Shown here piece after piece: positions 23,430-35,160 of a stretch of DNA of 45,700 bases. This DNA comes from Octopus bimaculoides. Taxonomy: Eukaryota. The stretch lies in the NCBI RefSeq assembly GCF_001194135.2, contig NC_069000.1:21363288-21408987 (forward strand), in the 5' to 3' direction. Within the stretch, counting starts at the first letter, position 1; each line of letters begins with the position of its first letter. A model generated the notes under the pieces. It was not told the DNA's origin. It ran no database searches and saw only the letters and a program-made list of their open reading frames with translations. The translations under genes were made by a program, and so were the position numbers.

Positions 23430-24684
23430 CCTATAAAATGATAATTTTGGTCATTTAAAATGTAGAAAAGAATATTTTTGATTAAAGTATAATGGGACCA
23501 AAAATATATTTTATTTTCCTTTCTCTCTATCAAATAGCAACAATTAATCACAGTAATCTCTTATTCTAAGTAAGATAGTTATATTTATTTCAGCTGATTT
23601 TTGGCTTGTGAGGAAGATAAAAAATTAGTTTGTAAAATTAAATTTGATTGGAATTACATCAATGTAAATAAAGCCAGTGTTAATAAAGTTTTGTTTTTCT
23701 CTTATTTTTATGTCATATAGAAAAACGTTTTAACAGTACAGCAACAGTATAAAGGAAAAACAACAAAAATAAAACAGAAACAAAAAAAAAAATTATTTTA
23801 ATCAGGAAAGGTATAATGAAAAGATGGGGTTAAGAATTTTTGTTTTGGTTTAAATATAAAATCTATGTATTTCAGAATATGGAATATAATAAAATGACTA
23901 AAAATAAAGAAAAGAAAAATCATTTTGGTGATAGTTGCTAAGGGTGGGGGGTAGGGTACAGGGGTTAAAATACAAGTATTTTTCAGATTATTCTTTCTTT
24001 TTCTTTTTCTTTTTATGCAAGCAGCAGACTATTTCAAAGACTGTACGATGGGTTTTGAGGGAGATTAGGATGCAATTTTGAGCTGGATGAGTGGCTGTGT
24101 AGAAGACCCCCTATTGACTCATAATCAAAAGGGGTGTAAGATTTTATTCTCCCAGCATATCCCTGTTACAAAAAAGCATTATTGTTGGAAATAGCAAAGT
24201 GACCAATAGCTGCACATTACAGATGACATCTCATTATTTTATAAGCAAAAATCAACATGGTATTGAAGAAGAAGACAAAGCTTTAATGCATGAAGGAAAC
24301 TATGGGAAAGAAAGAGAATTCTGCTTGGACTTAATAGAAATAATAAGCAGTAATCAGCATGCAAACACCACCACAATTATCTCCCTTATATTTGTTTACT
24401 GGTTTACACATACAAATAAAGGAAAACAGAAAGAACCAGCAGTTGTTTATACTATTAATAAATCAACTGGTCAGTAGCATATCTCATTAACTCTATTTTG
24501 GTTTCATTTACACATAACTGTTCAGGCAAGTTAGTTATTTCAATAACTTTATAATCAAATATTTTTCTTTTAACTCATAAACAAGCAAAGCTGTCATCAA
24601 CCACTATTATCTAACAAGCAAGCCTCTAGATGGTTACTGGCTTTGCTAGAAACAGTAGCGAAATCTCCCTCAAAATCATGCATT

Positions 24685-25010
24685 CTTTGTGGAGCACAAA
24701 GAAATGGATTCTCCATGATGACAATGCACCCTGTCACCAAGCTCTCCTCGCTCATGAGTTTCTCTCCGCCTTATTCACCAGATTTAGTTCTTGTAGACTT
24801 TCATCTCTTCCCCAAGAGGAAAATGCAGCTCAAAGGTCACTGTTTTATTGAAAACAACTTCCAGGCTGGATTCAAAAAGTGGCAGGAACACTGAGACTGG
24901 TGTATTGCTGTGCAAGGTAACTGTTTTGAAGGGGATGACATTAAAATTTGCATAAATAAGTTATATTTTTTTTTAAATAGCTAGTCCAGGAACATTTTGA
25001 TACCACCTTG
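24685..25010 (+). mobile_element. Internally deleted mariner (DD34D-type) transposase remnant with right end
   Basis: WILHDDNAPCHQA...PPYSPDLVLVDFHLFPK...LKGHCF...FKKWQEH*DWCIAVQGNCFEGD, then putative TIR ending GATACCACCTTG-TA. Confidence 0.85.
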
Positions 25011-25121
25011 TATACACACACACACATATATATATATATACATATGCGCACATATATATAGACATATAATTATACATATACACATATAATTATATATATA
25101 CATATATATACACATAATTAT

Positions 25122-25366
25122 CATCATCATCATCATCATCGTTTAACGTCCGCTTTCCATGCTAGCATGGGTTGGACGATTTGACTGAGGACTGGTGAAA
25201 CCGGATGGCAACACCAGGCTCCAGTCCGATTTGGCAGAGTTTCTACAGCTGGATGCCCTTCCTAACGCCAACCACTCAGAGAGTGTAGTGGGTGCTTTTA
25301 CGTGTCACCCGCACGAAAACGGCCACGCTCGAAATGGTGTCTTTTATGTGCCACCCGCACAAGCCA
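25122..25366 (-). mobile_element. Young RTE-LINE 3' end inside a TA-rich minisatellite
   Basis: Reverse complement of 21011-21255 with no mismatch seen by eye. Confidence 0.9.
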
Positions 25367-25484
25367 ATTATATATATACATATATATATACACATATATA
25401 CATATAATTATATATATACATATATATACATAATTATATACATACATATATGTAAATACATACATATATATACACATAATTATA

Positions 25485-25538
<54 letters not shown>

Positions 25539-26408
25539 ACTATATATATATATATATACATACATAAATGTATATAGATACATATAGATCTATAGATATA
25601 CATATATACATGTACAAGTGTATATATGAGTGTGTGTATGTGCATGTAATGAACATAATGGTGTGCGTGCATCCGTGCGTGCATGCGTGTGTGTTAAAAT
25701 ATGTTTCAGCTTCTAAAGACAAATTCACTGCAGTTACCATGGAGAAAAAAATTTCTCTCTTACGGTAAAAAAGGTGTAAAGGCATCATATCAGTGATGCC
25801 CCTGTGAGATTCCCAGAAATGTTTCTACCTCTTTAGCAGTTATCAATGGGAAACACTAAAGGGAGGCAATGCTGGACAGACTTAATCAGAGCTACACCTT
25901 TAACAAAAACACAATCAACAAGTTGTGCCGTTAGACCGCCAAGTTGGAAAGCATTTCAGCAATATCAGTATCAAGTGGTGTATAGCCATAAGCAAACTTT
26001 AGGTTGGTTAAAATATGTTTGTGACATATTTCAAGTTTTAAAGGCAAAAAAAAATTCACACTTATGATAAAAAAAAAAGGTGTAAAAATGCCATATCTGT
26101 CCAGTGGTGTCCCTTGTGACAATCATTTTAACTAATTATGCTGTATAATTAACAGCTAGATTAAATGAAAAATTTGAAGATATATCAGTTTCCGTATTCT
26201 CTGTAATTGTTTTGGATTTAAACTCCTGAAAACATTCTTACTTCAGTGAAGCAAACTCAGTTTTACGCATCAGAAGAATTACAGTGGGATTGCTCACTCT
26301 AAGTGATCCTTGATGTTTCTCACTACTTGATGTGGTTAGCCATAATCTAGACAATACGTGAGAGCTTATACATTACTCGCCTGGTTAATCTATCCTTATA
26401 TACTCATC

Positions 26409-26452
<44 letters not shown>

Positions 26453-27288
26453 AGAGTATTGTAGTTCGCTTGAAGCNNNNNNNNNNNNNNNNNNNNNNNN
26501 NNNNNNNNNNNNNNNNNNNNNNNNNNNNNNNNNNNNNNNNNNNNNNNNNNNNNNNNNNNNNNNNNNNNNNNNNNNNNNNNNNNNNNNNNNNNNNNNNNNN
26601 NNNNNNNNNNNNNNNNNNNNNNNNNNNNNNNNNNNNNNNNNNNNNNNNNNNNNNNNNNNNNNNNNNNNNNNNNNNNNNNNNNNNNNNNNNNNNNNNNNNN
26701 NNNNNNNNNNNNNNNNNNNNNNNNNNNNNNNNNNNNNNNNNNNNNNNNNNNNNNNNNNNNNNNNNNNNNNNNNNNNNNNNNNNNNNNNNNNNNNNNNNNN
26801 NNNNNNNNNNNNNNNNNNNNNNNNNNNNNNNNNNNNNNNNNNNNNNNNNNNNNNNNNNNNNNNNNNNNNNNNNNNNNNNNNNNNNNNNNNNNNNNNNNNN
26901 NNNNNNNNNNNNNNNNNNNNNNNNNNNNNNNNNNNNNNNNNNNNNNNNNNNNNNNNNNNNNNNNNNNNNNNNNNNNNNNNNNNNNNNNNNNNNNNNNNNN
27001 NNNNNNNNNNNNNNNNNNNNNNNNNNNNNNNNNNNNNNNNNNNNNNNNNNNNNNNNNNNNNNNNNNNNNNNNNNNNNNNNNNNNNNNNNNNNNNNNNNNN
27101 NNNNNNNNNNNNNNNNNNNNNNNNNNNNNNNNNNNNNNNNNNNNNNNNNNNNNNNNNNNNNNNNNNNNNNNNNNNNNNNNNNNNNNNNNNNNNNNNNNNN
27201 NNNNNNNNNNNNNNNNNNNNNNNNNNNNNNNNNNNNNNNNNNNNNNNNNNNNNNNNNNNNNNNNNNNNNNNNNNNNNNNNNNNNNNNN

Positions 27289-28400
27289 GGGACCTCCGAA
27301 ATGTGAAAGGTAGGTCTGCTGCTGATGGGAAAAGATGCATTCTGGGTATGAGGACAACGTTGCCTCGACCACACCCTGTGATTATTGTGGCCTCAATCAG
27401 ATTAGGAGATAAGGACTTAACGATTAAACGTGTCCCATTACATTGTTTAGGCGGAACCAAATTTCGAATGAGCATTATAGGGGCACCAACTTTAAGTTTG
27501 AGAATGTGTGGAGGTAGTCCAGGGGGCTCAAGGGAATTTAGTACTTCTATTGGATAGTTGATGACGTCCTCAGGGTCAGGAGTTGTATCAATAGACTTAT
27601 ATATAAAGTCATCTCGAGGAATGATTTTTAGCATTTGATCATTAATATGGTTAACAGTTGTATTCTTTGGGGCTAGAATAGCCCTTTGGCCAATCCAATC
27701 CATATTATGATAATTTGCTTGGAGATCTGGGAAAACTGCATTGGTGAGATCAGAAGGCATATCAACAATGGTACAAAGTGAATCAATGGCAATATTACCC
27801 TTTTCATCGCAGGGAGTTTTGGCTTCGCCAAGTGCAAGGAGGGTGTGAGAAAATTCTGCTGATGCTACGTCACCTCACATATGAGCCCGCATGTTAGTGT
27901 GAAGTTTGAGAGTCTTCACCAGGGGCCACAATGCAGATGACTTAAGACACGCACGTACTGTATCAGCTGTATTCCCCTTGGGAATAACTGGCAGTGTTTG
28001 CCTGAAGTCCCCTGAAAGAAGAAGTGTTATGCCTCCCATGGGAACTGTAGAGTCTTTGATGTCTCTCAGAGATTTATCTAGCGCCTCAAGATCACCTCTG
28101 TGGGCCATTGTACATTCATCCCAAACAATAAGCTTGCATCGTCTGAACACTTCTGCCTGCTCTGAGCTGTTACTGATGTTGCAAATTGGTGTGTCCGTCT
28201 TCGCTAAGTCAAGCGGGAGCTTGAAAGTGGAGTGAGCTGTCCTGCTGCCTGGCAACAAAGTAGCCGCAATTCCAGATGATGCCACAGCTAAGGCAATGCC
28301 TTGTGTTCGCCTAATCTCAGCCAATATTAATTTTGTGAGAAAAGTTTTGCCAGTTCCTGCAGGAGCGTCGAGGAAGAAAATCCCCCCAGCTTTGTCCTGG
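27289..28400 (-). pseudogene. Helitron RepHel PIF1-family helicase domain, one in-frame stop
   Basis: Walker A LDAPAGTGKT, VASSGIAATLL, RTAHSTFKLP, Walker B IVWDE, LSGDFRQTLPV, NMRAHM*, ILAPKN, LKVGAPIMLIRN, CNGTRL; both ORF-track pieces are in the same frame. Confidence 0.93.
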
Positions 28401-29037
28401 NNNNNNNNNNNNNNNNNNNNNNNNNNNNNNNNNNNNNNNNNNNNNNNNNNNNNNNNNNNNNNNNNNNNNNNNNNNNNNNNNNNNNNNNNNNNNNNNNNNN
28501 NNNNNNNNNNNNNNNNNNNNNNNNNNNNNNNNNNNNNNNNNNNNNNNNNNNNNNNNNNNNNNNNNNNNNNNNNNNNNNNNNNNNNNNNNNNNNNNNNNNN
28601 NNNNNNNNNNNNNNNNNNNNNNNNNNNNNNNNNNNNNNNNNNNNNNNNNNNNNNNNNNNNNNNNNNNNNNNNNNNNNNNNNNNNNNNNNNNNNNNNNNNN
28701 NNNNNNNNNNNNNNNNNNNNNNNNNNNNNNNNNNNNNNNNNNNNNNNNNNNNNNNNNNNNNNNNNNNNNNNNNNNNNNNNNNNNNNNNNNNNNNNNNNNN
28801 NNNNNNNNNNNNNNNNNNNNNNNNNNNNNNNNNNNNNNNNNNNNNNNNNNNNNNNNNNNNNNNNNNNNNNNNNNNNNNNNNNNNNNNNNNNNNNNNNNNN
28901 NNNNNNNNNNNNNNNNNNNNNNNNNNNNNNNNNNNNNNNNNNNNNNNNNNNNNNNNNNNNNNNNNNNNNNNNNNNNNNNNNNNNNNNNNNNNNNNNNNNN
29001 NNNNNNNNNNNNNNNNNNNNNNNNNNNNNNNNNNNNN

Positions 29038-29178
29038 GTACACTCTTCCTAGACAACTGTTAAACTTGACACCGGGATGTCCTTGAACATCCTGACCTGA
29101 CTTCCTACGCACCCAAGTATTCTTTGACCACACATAGTAGGACGGAACCTGAGGGTATAAAAGCGTTTTGGCAAATGT
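29038..29178 (-). pseudogene. Helitron Rep-helicase linker fragment
   Basis: FAKTLLYPQVPSYYVWSKNTWVRRKSGQDVQGHPGVKFNSCLGRVY matches the Helitron FAKTLLY..VP.YY.W...LGRVY segment. Confidence 0.8.
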
Positions 29179-29746
29179 GTCACGCCAATTAGAATGAAGT
29201 CGTTAGTAACCATAGGTACATATATATGTGTGTATTTACGTATGATTGGCAGTGTGTCTGTTTATTTGACTCTCACTCCCATTTGTTTCTTTGTCTTTTT
29301 TCTTGGATCGTTGGTAAACGTTCGTAAGAGAAAGTAGCAATTGAAACGATGTGTAAGAGGAATAGAAATAGTTAATTTTAGAGGGGCAAAGTAATTTTGT
29401 ATGTATCTGTCATTACAGTATCGAAATGTGATTGTTTCAGTTTTGATAGTTTTCTTTTTCTCCTTCCTTTCTTTTTGTATTTGTTGTTGTATTTTCGTAA
29501 AGGTTCGTAAGAGAAAGTAGGACATAAGAGGAAGTAGGAGTTGAAAGGATTTGTATTAGAAAGAGGAAACTAGATTTTATTAGGGAGAAAATGTTTACTC
29601 CTGTAGTTTTACGAATTTTATTCATTATTAGGAAATTTTTGGAGTGAAAAAATGACGCAGTGACCTAACTTATTGTATTTAGAATATTAATTGCGATTGT
29701 TTAATCGAAGAAATTTTGAATTGTGTAATTGTATGAATTTTAAACA

Positions 29747-30530
29747 TACACACACACAGAGTATAAAATTGTGTCATTGTCCTGAAATAAAGGGCTGAAA
29801 TATATAATGCTATAAAAAGAAACTGCATAAATGAACAAAACATGGGAGGAAGAGATTACAAAATTGAGGTTTAAAATAGGTGGAATTGAAATAGAAGTGG
29901 AAAATTTATTTTAAAATTAGCTTTTATGATTNNNNNNNNNNNNNNNNNNNNNNNNNNNNNNNNNNNNNNNNNNNNNNNNNNNNNNNNNNNNNNNNNNNNN
30001 NNNNNNNNNNNNNNNNNNNNNNNNNNNNNNNNNNNNNNNNNNNNNNNNNNNNNNNNNNNNNNNNNNNNNNNNNNNNNNNNNNNNNNNNNNNNNNNNNNNN
30101 NNNNNNNNNNNNNNNNNNNNNNNNNNNNNNNNNNNNNNNNNNNNNNNNNNNNNNNNNNNNNNNNNNNNNNNNNNNNNNNNNNNNNNNNNNNNNNNNNNNN
30201 NNNNNNNNNNNNNNNNNNNNNNNNNNNNNNNNNNNNNNNNNNNNNNNNNNNNNNNNNNNNNNNNNNNNNNNNNNNNNNNNNNNNNNNNNNNNNNNNNNNN
30301 NNNNNNNNNNNNNNTTGAATTACAGGCACAACAGAAACAGGAAGTAAGAGTGAGAGAAAGTTGTGGTGAAAGAGTACAGCAGGGTTCGCCACCATCCCAT
30401 GCCGGAGCCTTGTGAAGTTTTAAGTGTTTTCACTCTATAAACACTCACAACGCCCGGTCTGGGAATCGAAACCGCAATCCTATGACCGCGAGTCCGCTGC
30501 CCTAACCACTGGGCCATTGCGCCTCCACAC

Positions 30531-30583
<53 letters not shown>

Positions 30584-30750
30584 AAAATTGTGTCATTGTC
30601 CTGAAATAAAGGGCTGAAATATATAATGCTATAAAAAGAAACTGCATAAATGAACAAAACATGGGAGGAAGAGATTACAAAATTGAGGTTTAAAATAGGT
30701 GGAATTGAAATAGAAGTGGAAAATTTATTTTAAAATTAGCTTTTATGATT
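29747..30750. repeat. 185-bp exact direct duplication (29747-29931 = 30566-30750) flanking a gap
   Basis: ACACACAGAGTATAAAATTGTGTC...CTTTTATGATT is identical at an offset of 819 bp. Confidence 0.9.
30315..30528 (-). mobile_element. Well-preserved tRNA-derived SINE 5' part
   Basis: Minus: GGCGCAATGGCCCAGTGGTTAGGGCAGCGGACTCGCGGTCATAGGATTGCGGTTTCGATTCCCAGACC (A and B boxes), continuing into non-tRNA body. Confidence 0.8.
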
Positions 30751-30940
30751 TTGGATTAAAAAAGCAGTTTGTCCACATTCCGAAAATTAAATTAAAAAAT
30801 GTTATCACAAACACTAATGCTTAACAGTGTTAAAACCTTTTAAAGTGTGATTGCTTTTATCCTGATTTACCATGCAACATAGAAATTATATTTACAGACT
30901 TGAAATCATGCATGAAACAATCGTAGTGGTGGTCTTGTGA

Positions 30941-30989
<49 letters not shown>

Positions 30990-31544
30990 ATACACACACA
31001 CACACAAGTTCATGCATTCATTATCACAACACAATGGGGTTTTTTGGGAAGGAGGAGGAGGAGGAAGGGAATTTGAAATGTATTGTAAGATATTCATAGC
31101 CAACTTGGTTTGTTTGATTTACATAACAGTGCATGCATTGACAATGTAGTTTTTTTTTGAGCAGAGTCTTTTGGATAATTTAAAATGAAATACAAATGGT
31201 GTAACTCTATTTTTTTTCTTTTCCTTTTTGATAAGCATTCACAACAGTTTGCTAAGTATTTGCAGTGCTAACACCACAGATTTTTATCTCTCTATGGAGA
31301 AGAGGATCAATATGTGAGATCAATCTAAGTAGTTTCTAGTCTTCTTAGACCTTTATCAGAGAAAGAATACCCATCTTCTGTCCTCAGAGAGATTTATAGT
31401 TTAATGCTTGGACAAACTCAAATCACAGCTAAACTTGTCCAACTAAATTGGAAAAGAGTACATGCACTGACAATATGGTTAATTAAATAATTAATAATAT
31501 ACTACACATTTTTTTTTATTGCTATTTCTTATATCTTTTGCTTG

Positions 31545-31945
31545 TTTCAATCACTGGACAACAGCCATGCTGGGGTACGAACTTGAAAGGTTTAATCAAA
31601 CAAATCAACCCCAATACTTTTCTTAAGTTTGGTACTTATTTTATCAGTCTATTTTGACAAACTGCTAAGTTACAGGGACATAAACAAACCAAAACCAGTT
31701 GTCAAGTGGCAGTAGAAGAAAAATACAACACAAACACCAAGACACACGCACATAGTTACATACATAAATATGTATGTGTACAATGGGCTTTTTCAATTCC
31801 CTTCTACCAAATCCACTTACAAGGCTTTGGTTGGCCTGGTTGGGGTTACAGTAGGAGATGCTTGCTCAAAGTGCTGTGTAGTAGGACTGAACCCAAAACC
31901 AAATGGTCAGGAAGCACATTTCTTAAGAACACAACCATACAATGT
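31545..31945 (-). mobile_element. Degenerate full-length CORE-like SINE
   Basis: Colinear with 1265-1647. Confidence 0.75.
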
Positions 31946-32024
31946 GCCTGTTGGTAATATGAAGTGTAATGTAAGGGGGGGTTTTTTGGGGGTTTTTTTC
32001 TTCTTTGATAAATAAACAATTTTA

Positions 32025-32439
32025 TTGTTGTATTTCATTTTTTAAATTTTGTTTCTTGCCAAATGAACACACACACACTGTATATTTTTTTCTTCAATCG
32101 TTTATTACTGTTCTTATTTTATTATTTTAACTCCTGTCCATTGTCTGGAAATCTTTCATCATATATCTGTGACCTCTGAAGAACAGAATGGAGTGTGTGT
32201 GTTCTTACACACAAAAACAAAAAGTGTCGCTGAAGAGGTCACAGATGTATGACAAAAGATTTCTGGACAATGGACATGAGTTAGAATAATAAAATAAAAA
32301 CAGTAATAAACGAGTGAAGAGAAAAATATATAGTGCCTGTGCTCATTAGGGAAAAAAATTTAAAAAATGACCATCTTGAAATACAACAATATCTGTTTCA
32401 ACACATGATTTCATAACAGGAATCTTGCAAAACAAATAG
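32025..32439 (+). mobile_element. Fold-back, hammerhead-bearing element (copy 2) with 13-bp flanking direct repeat
   Basis: Inverted arms about 32025-32180 / 32235-32390; decayed hammerhead 32227-32266; 3' motif 32397-32437; ATAAACAATTTTA at 32012-32024 and 32440-32452. Confidence 0.7.
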
Positions 32440-33100
32440 ATAAACAATTTTAGTTTGGCTGTAAAAACAAAATAGACTAAATGTTAACACTATGGATGTT
32501 CATCTCTCTCTATAAGCAGAAAAAAATAGGATCAATCTGAATAGTTTCAAGTCTCCTTACACTTTCATCAAACAAACAGTACCCATATGTTGTACAGAGA
32601 TTGAGATCAATTAATCAAACTGTACACATTATATAAATATCTGTACGCTTTTAACCTCTTCATGGACATAAGATGAGTATTCAAAATGAGAGTGAATAAA
32701 GACTAGAAACCAATCATATAAATTCCACATTTTCTACCTACACAGATATTGAAACTTGTGGTGTGACCAGTTTGTTTACTCTAAACAGTAAGGCTAAAAC
32801 AATATGTTTATCAACAAAATATACCACACAATGCAGTTCATACACACACACACACACACACACAAATATACATATATAAATATACATACAAACATACATA
32901 GATAAATATACATATATCCATTGTATACATACATATATATATATATATATTTATATATAACGTTGACCACTAACGTGGACATTCAATGTGCTAGAAATAG
33001 ATCACATCTTGTGTCTACTAAGACCTAAATTGTTCTCAAAACGAAATTTAGCGGAATACCAAAGCGTAAGCGGGCAAGACATTTAAAATTACCAAAAAAT

Positions 33101-33141
<41 letters not shown>

Positions 33142-33170
33142 AATACACATACATACATACATACATCTCC

Positions 33171-34850
33171 ATCAATGGCCTATCTGTTTCTCCAATATCT
33201 GATGAGGAATCCCACAGATACCTGGGAGTAGATGAAAACGTATCATATGAAGGTACCTGTAACAAGGAACGTGTTACTAAGGAATACAGAAATCGGGTTA
33301 GGAAAATATGGACCTCGGAACTCTCTGCGTTCAATAAAGCAATAGCCCACAATGTGTTTGCAGTACCAGTACTCATACCGACATTCGGGATACTTGACTA
33401 GACGATCGATGAAATCCGAGCCCTTGATGTGAAGACCCGAAAAATTCTAACGAGCACGAACAACTTTCACATCAATAGCAATGTAGACCGCCTATACCTA
33501 AAACGAAATAAAGGAGGGAGAGGCCTAACATCAATTCAGACTGCCTTTGAATGCCGTGTCATATCTCTTCGACATCATCTCATAACCACCAAGTGTCGAA
33601 GTGCACCCCTTGATGAAGTCTGCAGACATGAGGTAAATACCATCATGAGATTGGGAAGGCAACTACTTGACAAGCATTCCCTATTCGACAACCCTGAACT
33701 CTTACCCAAAGAAATTGCAAGACTCTACCGTAACATAACATCAGAGGAGAGGATGAATGCATTCCAGCAGAAGACCATGCATGGATACGTTAATAGAAAG
33801 CTCCAGGGTGATAACAACATTGACAACCAGAGCAGTCTNNNNNNNNNNNNNNNNNNNNNNNNNNNNNNNNNNNNNNNNNNNNNNNNNNNNNNNNNNNNNN
33901 NNNNNNNNNNNNNNNNNNNNNNNNNNNNNNNNNNNNNNNNNNNNNNNNNNNNNNNNNNNNNNNNNNNNNNNNNNNNNNNNNNNNNNNNNNNNNNNNNNNN
34001 NNNNNNNNNNNNNNNNNNNNNNNNNNNNNNNNNNNNNNNNNNNNNNNNNNNNNNNNNNNNNNNNNNNNNNNNNNNNNNNNNNNNNNNNNNNNNNNNNNNN
34101 NNNNNNNNNNNNNNNNNNNNNNNNNNNNNNNNNNNNNNNNNNNNNNNNNNNNNNNNNNNNNNNNNNNNNNNNNNNNNNNNNNNNNNNNNNNNNNNNNNNN
34201 NNNNNNNNNNNNNNNNNNNNNNNNNNNNNNNNNNNNNNNNNNNNNNNNNNNNNNNNNNNNNNNNNNNNNNNNNNNNNNNNNNNNNNNNNNNNNNNNNNNN
34301 NNNNNNNNNNNNNNNNNNNNNNNNNNNNNNNNNNNNNNNNNNNNNNNNNNNNNNNNNNNNNNNNNNNNNNNNNNNNNNNNNNNNNNNNNNNNNNNNNNNN
34401 NNNNNNNNNNNNNNNNNNNNNNNNNNNNNNNNNNNNNNNNNNNNNNNNNNNNNNNNNNNNNNNNNNNNNNNNNNNNNNNNNNNNNNNNNNNNNNNNNNNN
34501 NNNNNNNNNNNNNNNNNNNNNNNNNNNNNNNNNNNNNNNNNNNNNNNNGAAAGAAAAAGGCTGATTAGAAGACTACAGATTCAAGCCATCAATGGAACTG
34601 TAAAGATATGTAAAACTTTCCAAAAATTTAGCACATAAATACATATGCATGCATCTAGACATAAAAACGCATCCATAAAACAAACATACAAATCTGCGCA
34701 TACACTAACACCAAATACTGCACACACACACATATGCACAAATACCTAGATGATGTTGATAAAAGTTCCAATGAAGGAGCCTTGAATCTATGTTAGAGTC
34801 CAGCTCTTTCTCTATTGACAAGAAATACAGAAATGAAACTGATTGATAAC
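33171..34850 (+). mobile_element. 5'-truncated R4/Dong-clade (RLE-type) non-LTR retrotransposon
   Basis: HRYLGVDE...KEYRNRVRKIWTSELSAFNKAIAHNVFAVPVL..FGILD*...VDRLYLKRNKGGRGL; C-terminus LQIQAINGTVKICKTF* at 34638; single TAG at 33399; (CATA)n on both sides. Confidence 0.85.
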
Positions 34851-35082
34851 ATACATACATACATACAAACTTGCACACATGCAAGCATGCATGCTCATAC
34901 ATACATACATACATACATACAGTGAGTATGCCCTTAAGAATAGAATTACTATATATTACAATTTAGCTGTATTGCAATGAGTTTTAAGCAATGAATTCTA
35001 AATGAATTATCCAAACAGTACTTTGTAAGGAGATGCACATAAGCCAAGAGACTCTTGAAGAAACTTGTGTATGAAGGAAACA

Positions 35083-35160
35083 AGGTGAGCTGATCTTTAT
35101 ATGGTAAGCTGTTCTTTATATGATAAGCTTGTCTTTACAAGCTGGTCTGTATATAAGCTT
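35083..35160. repeat. Short degenerate ~19-bp tandem repeat
   Basis: GGTGAGCTGATCTTTATAT / GGTAAGCTGTTCTTTATAT / GATAAGCTTGTCTTTAC / AAGCTGGTCTGTATAT. Confidence 0.65.

Larger units (their letters stand above)
26450..29760 (-). mobile_element. Helitron, internally deleted; overall boundaries uncertain
   Basis: Coding pieces above; coding stops abruptly at about 29178 and is followed by non-coding sequence to about 29760; termini not confirmed. Confidence 0.55.

Noticed and set aside
24199-24477. 92-aa ORF NQHGIEEEDKALMHEGNYGKERE
   Set aside because: No splice or start context and no recognisable domain; compatible with chance.
30455-30528. tRNA-like sequence
   Set aside because: It has A/B boxes but runs into SINE body with no acceptor-stem closure; this is a SINE head, not a tRNA gene.
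32960-33100. Non-repetitive island between (TA)n tracts containing CGAAATTTAG
   Set aside because: Probably a fragment of a dispersed repeat; no complete ribozyme or terminus motif could be built.
33198-33215. CTGATGAGG motif
   Set aside because: It falls within the R4/Dong reading frame (SDEE) and has no hammerhead stems.
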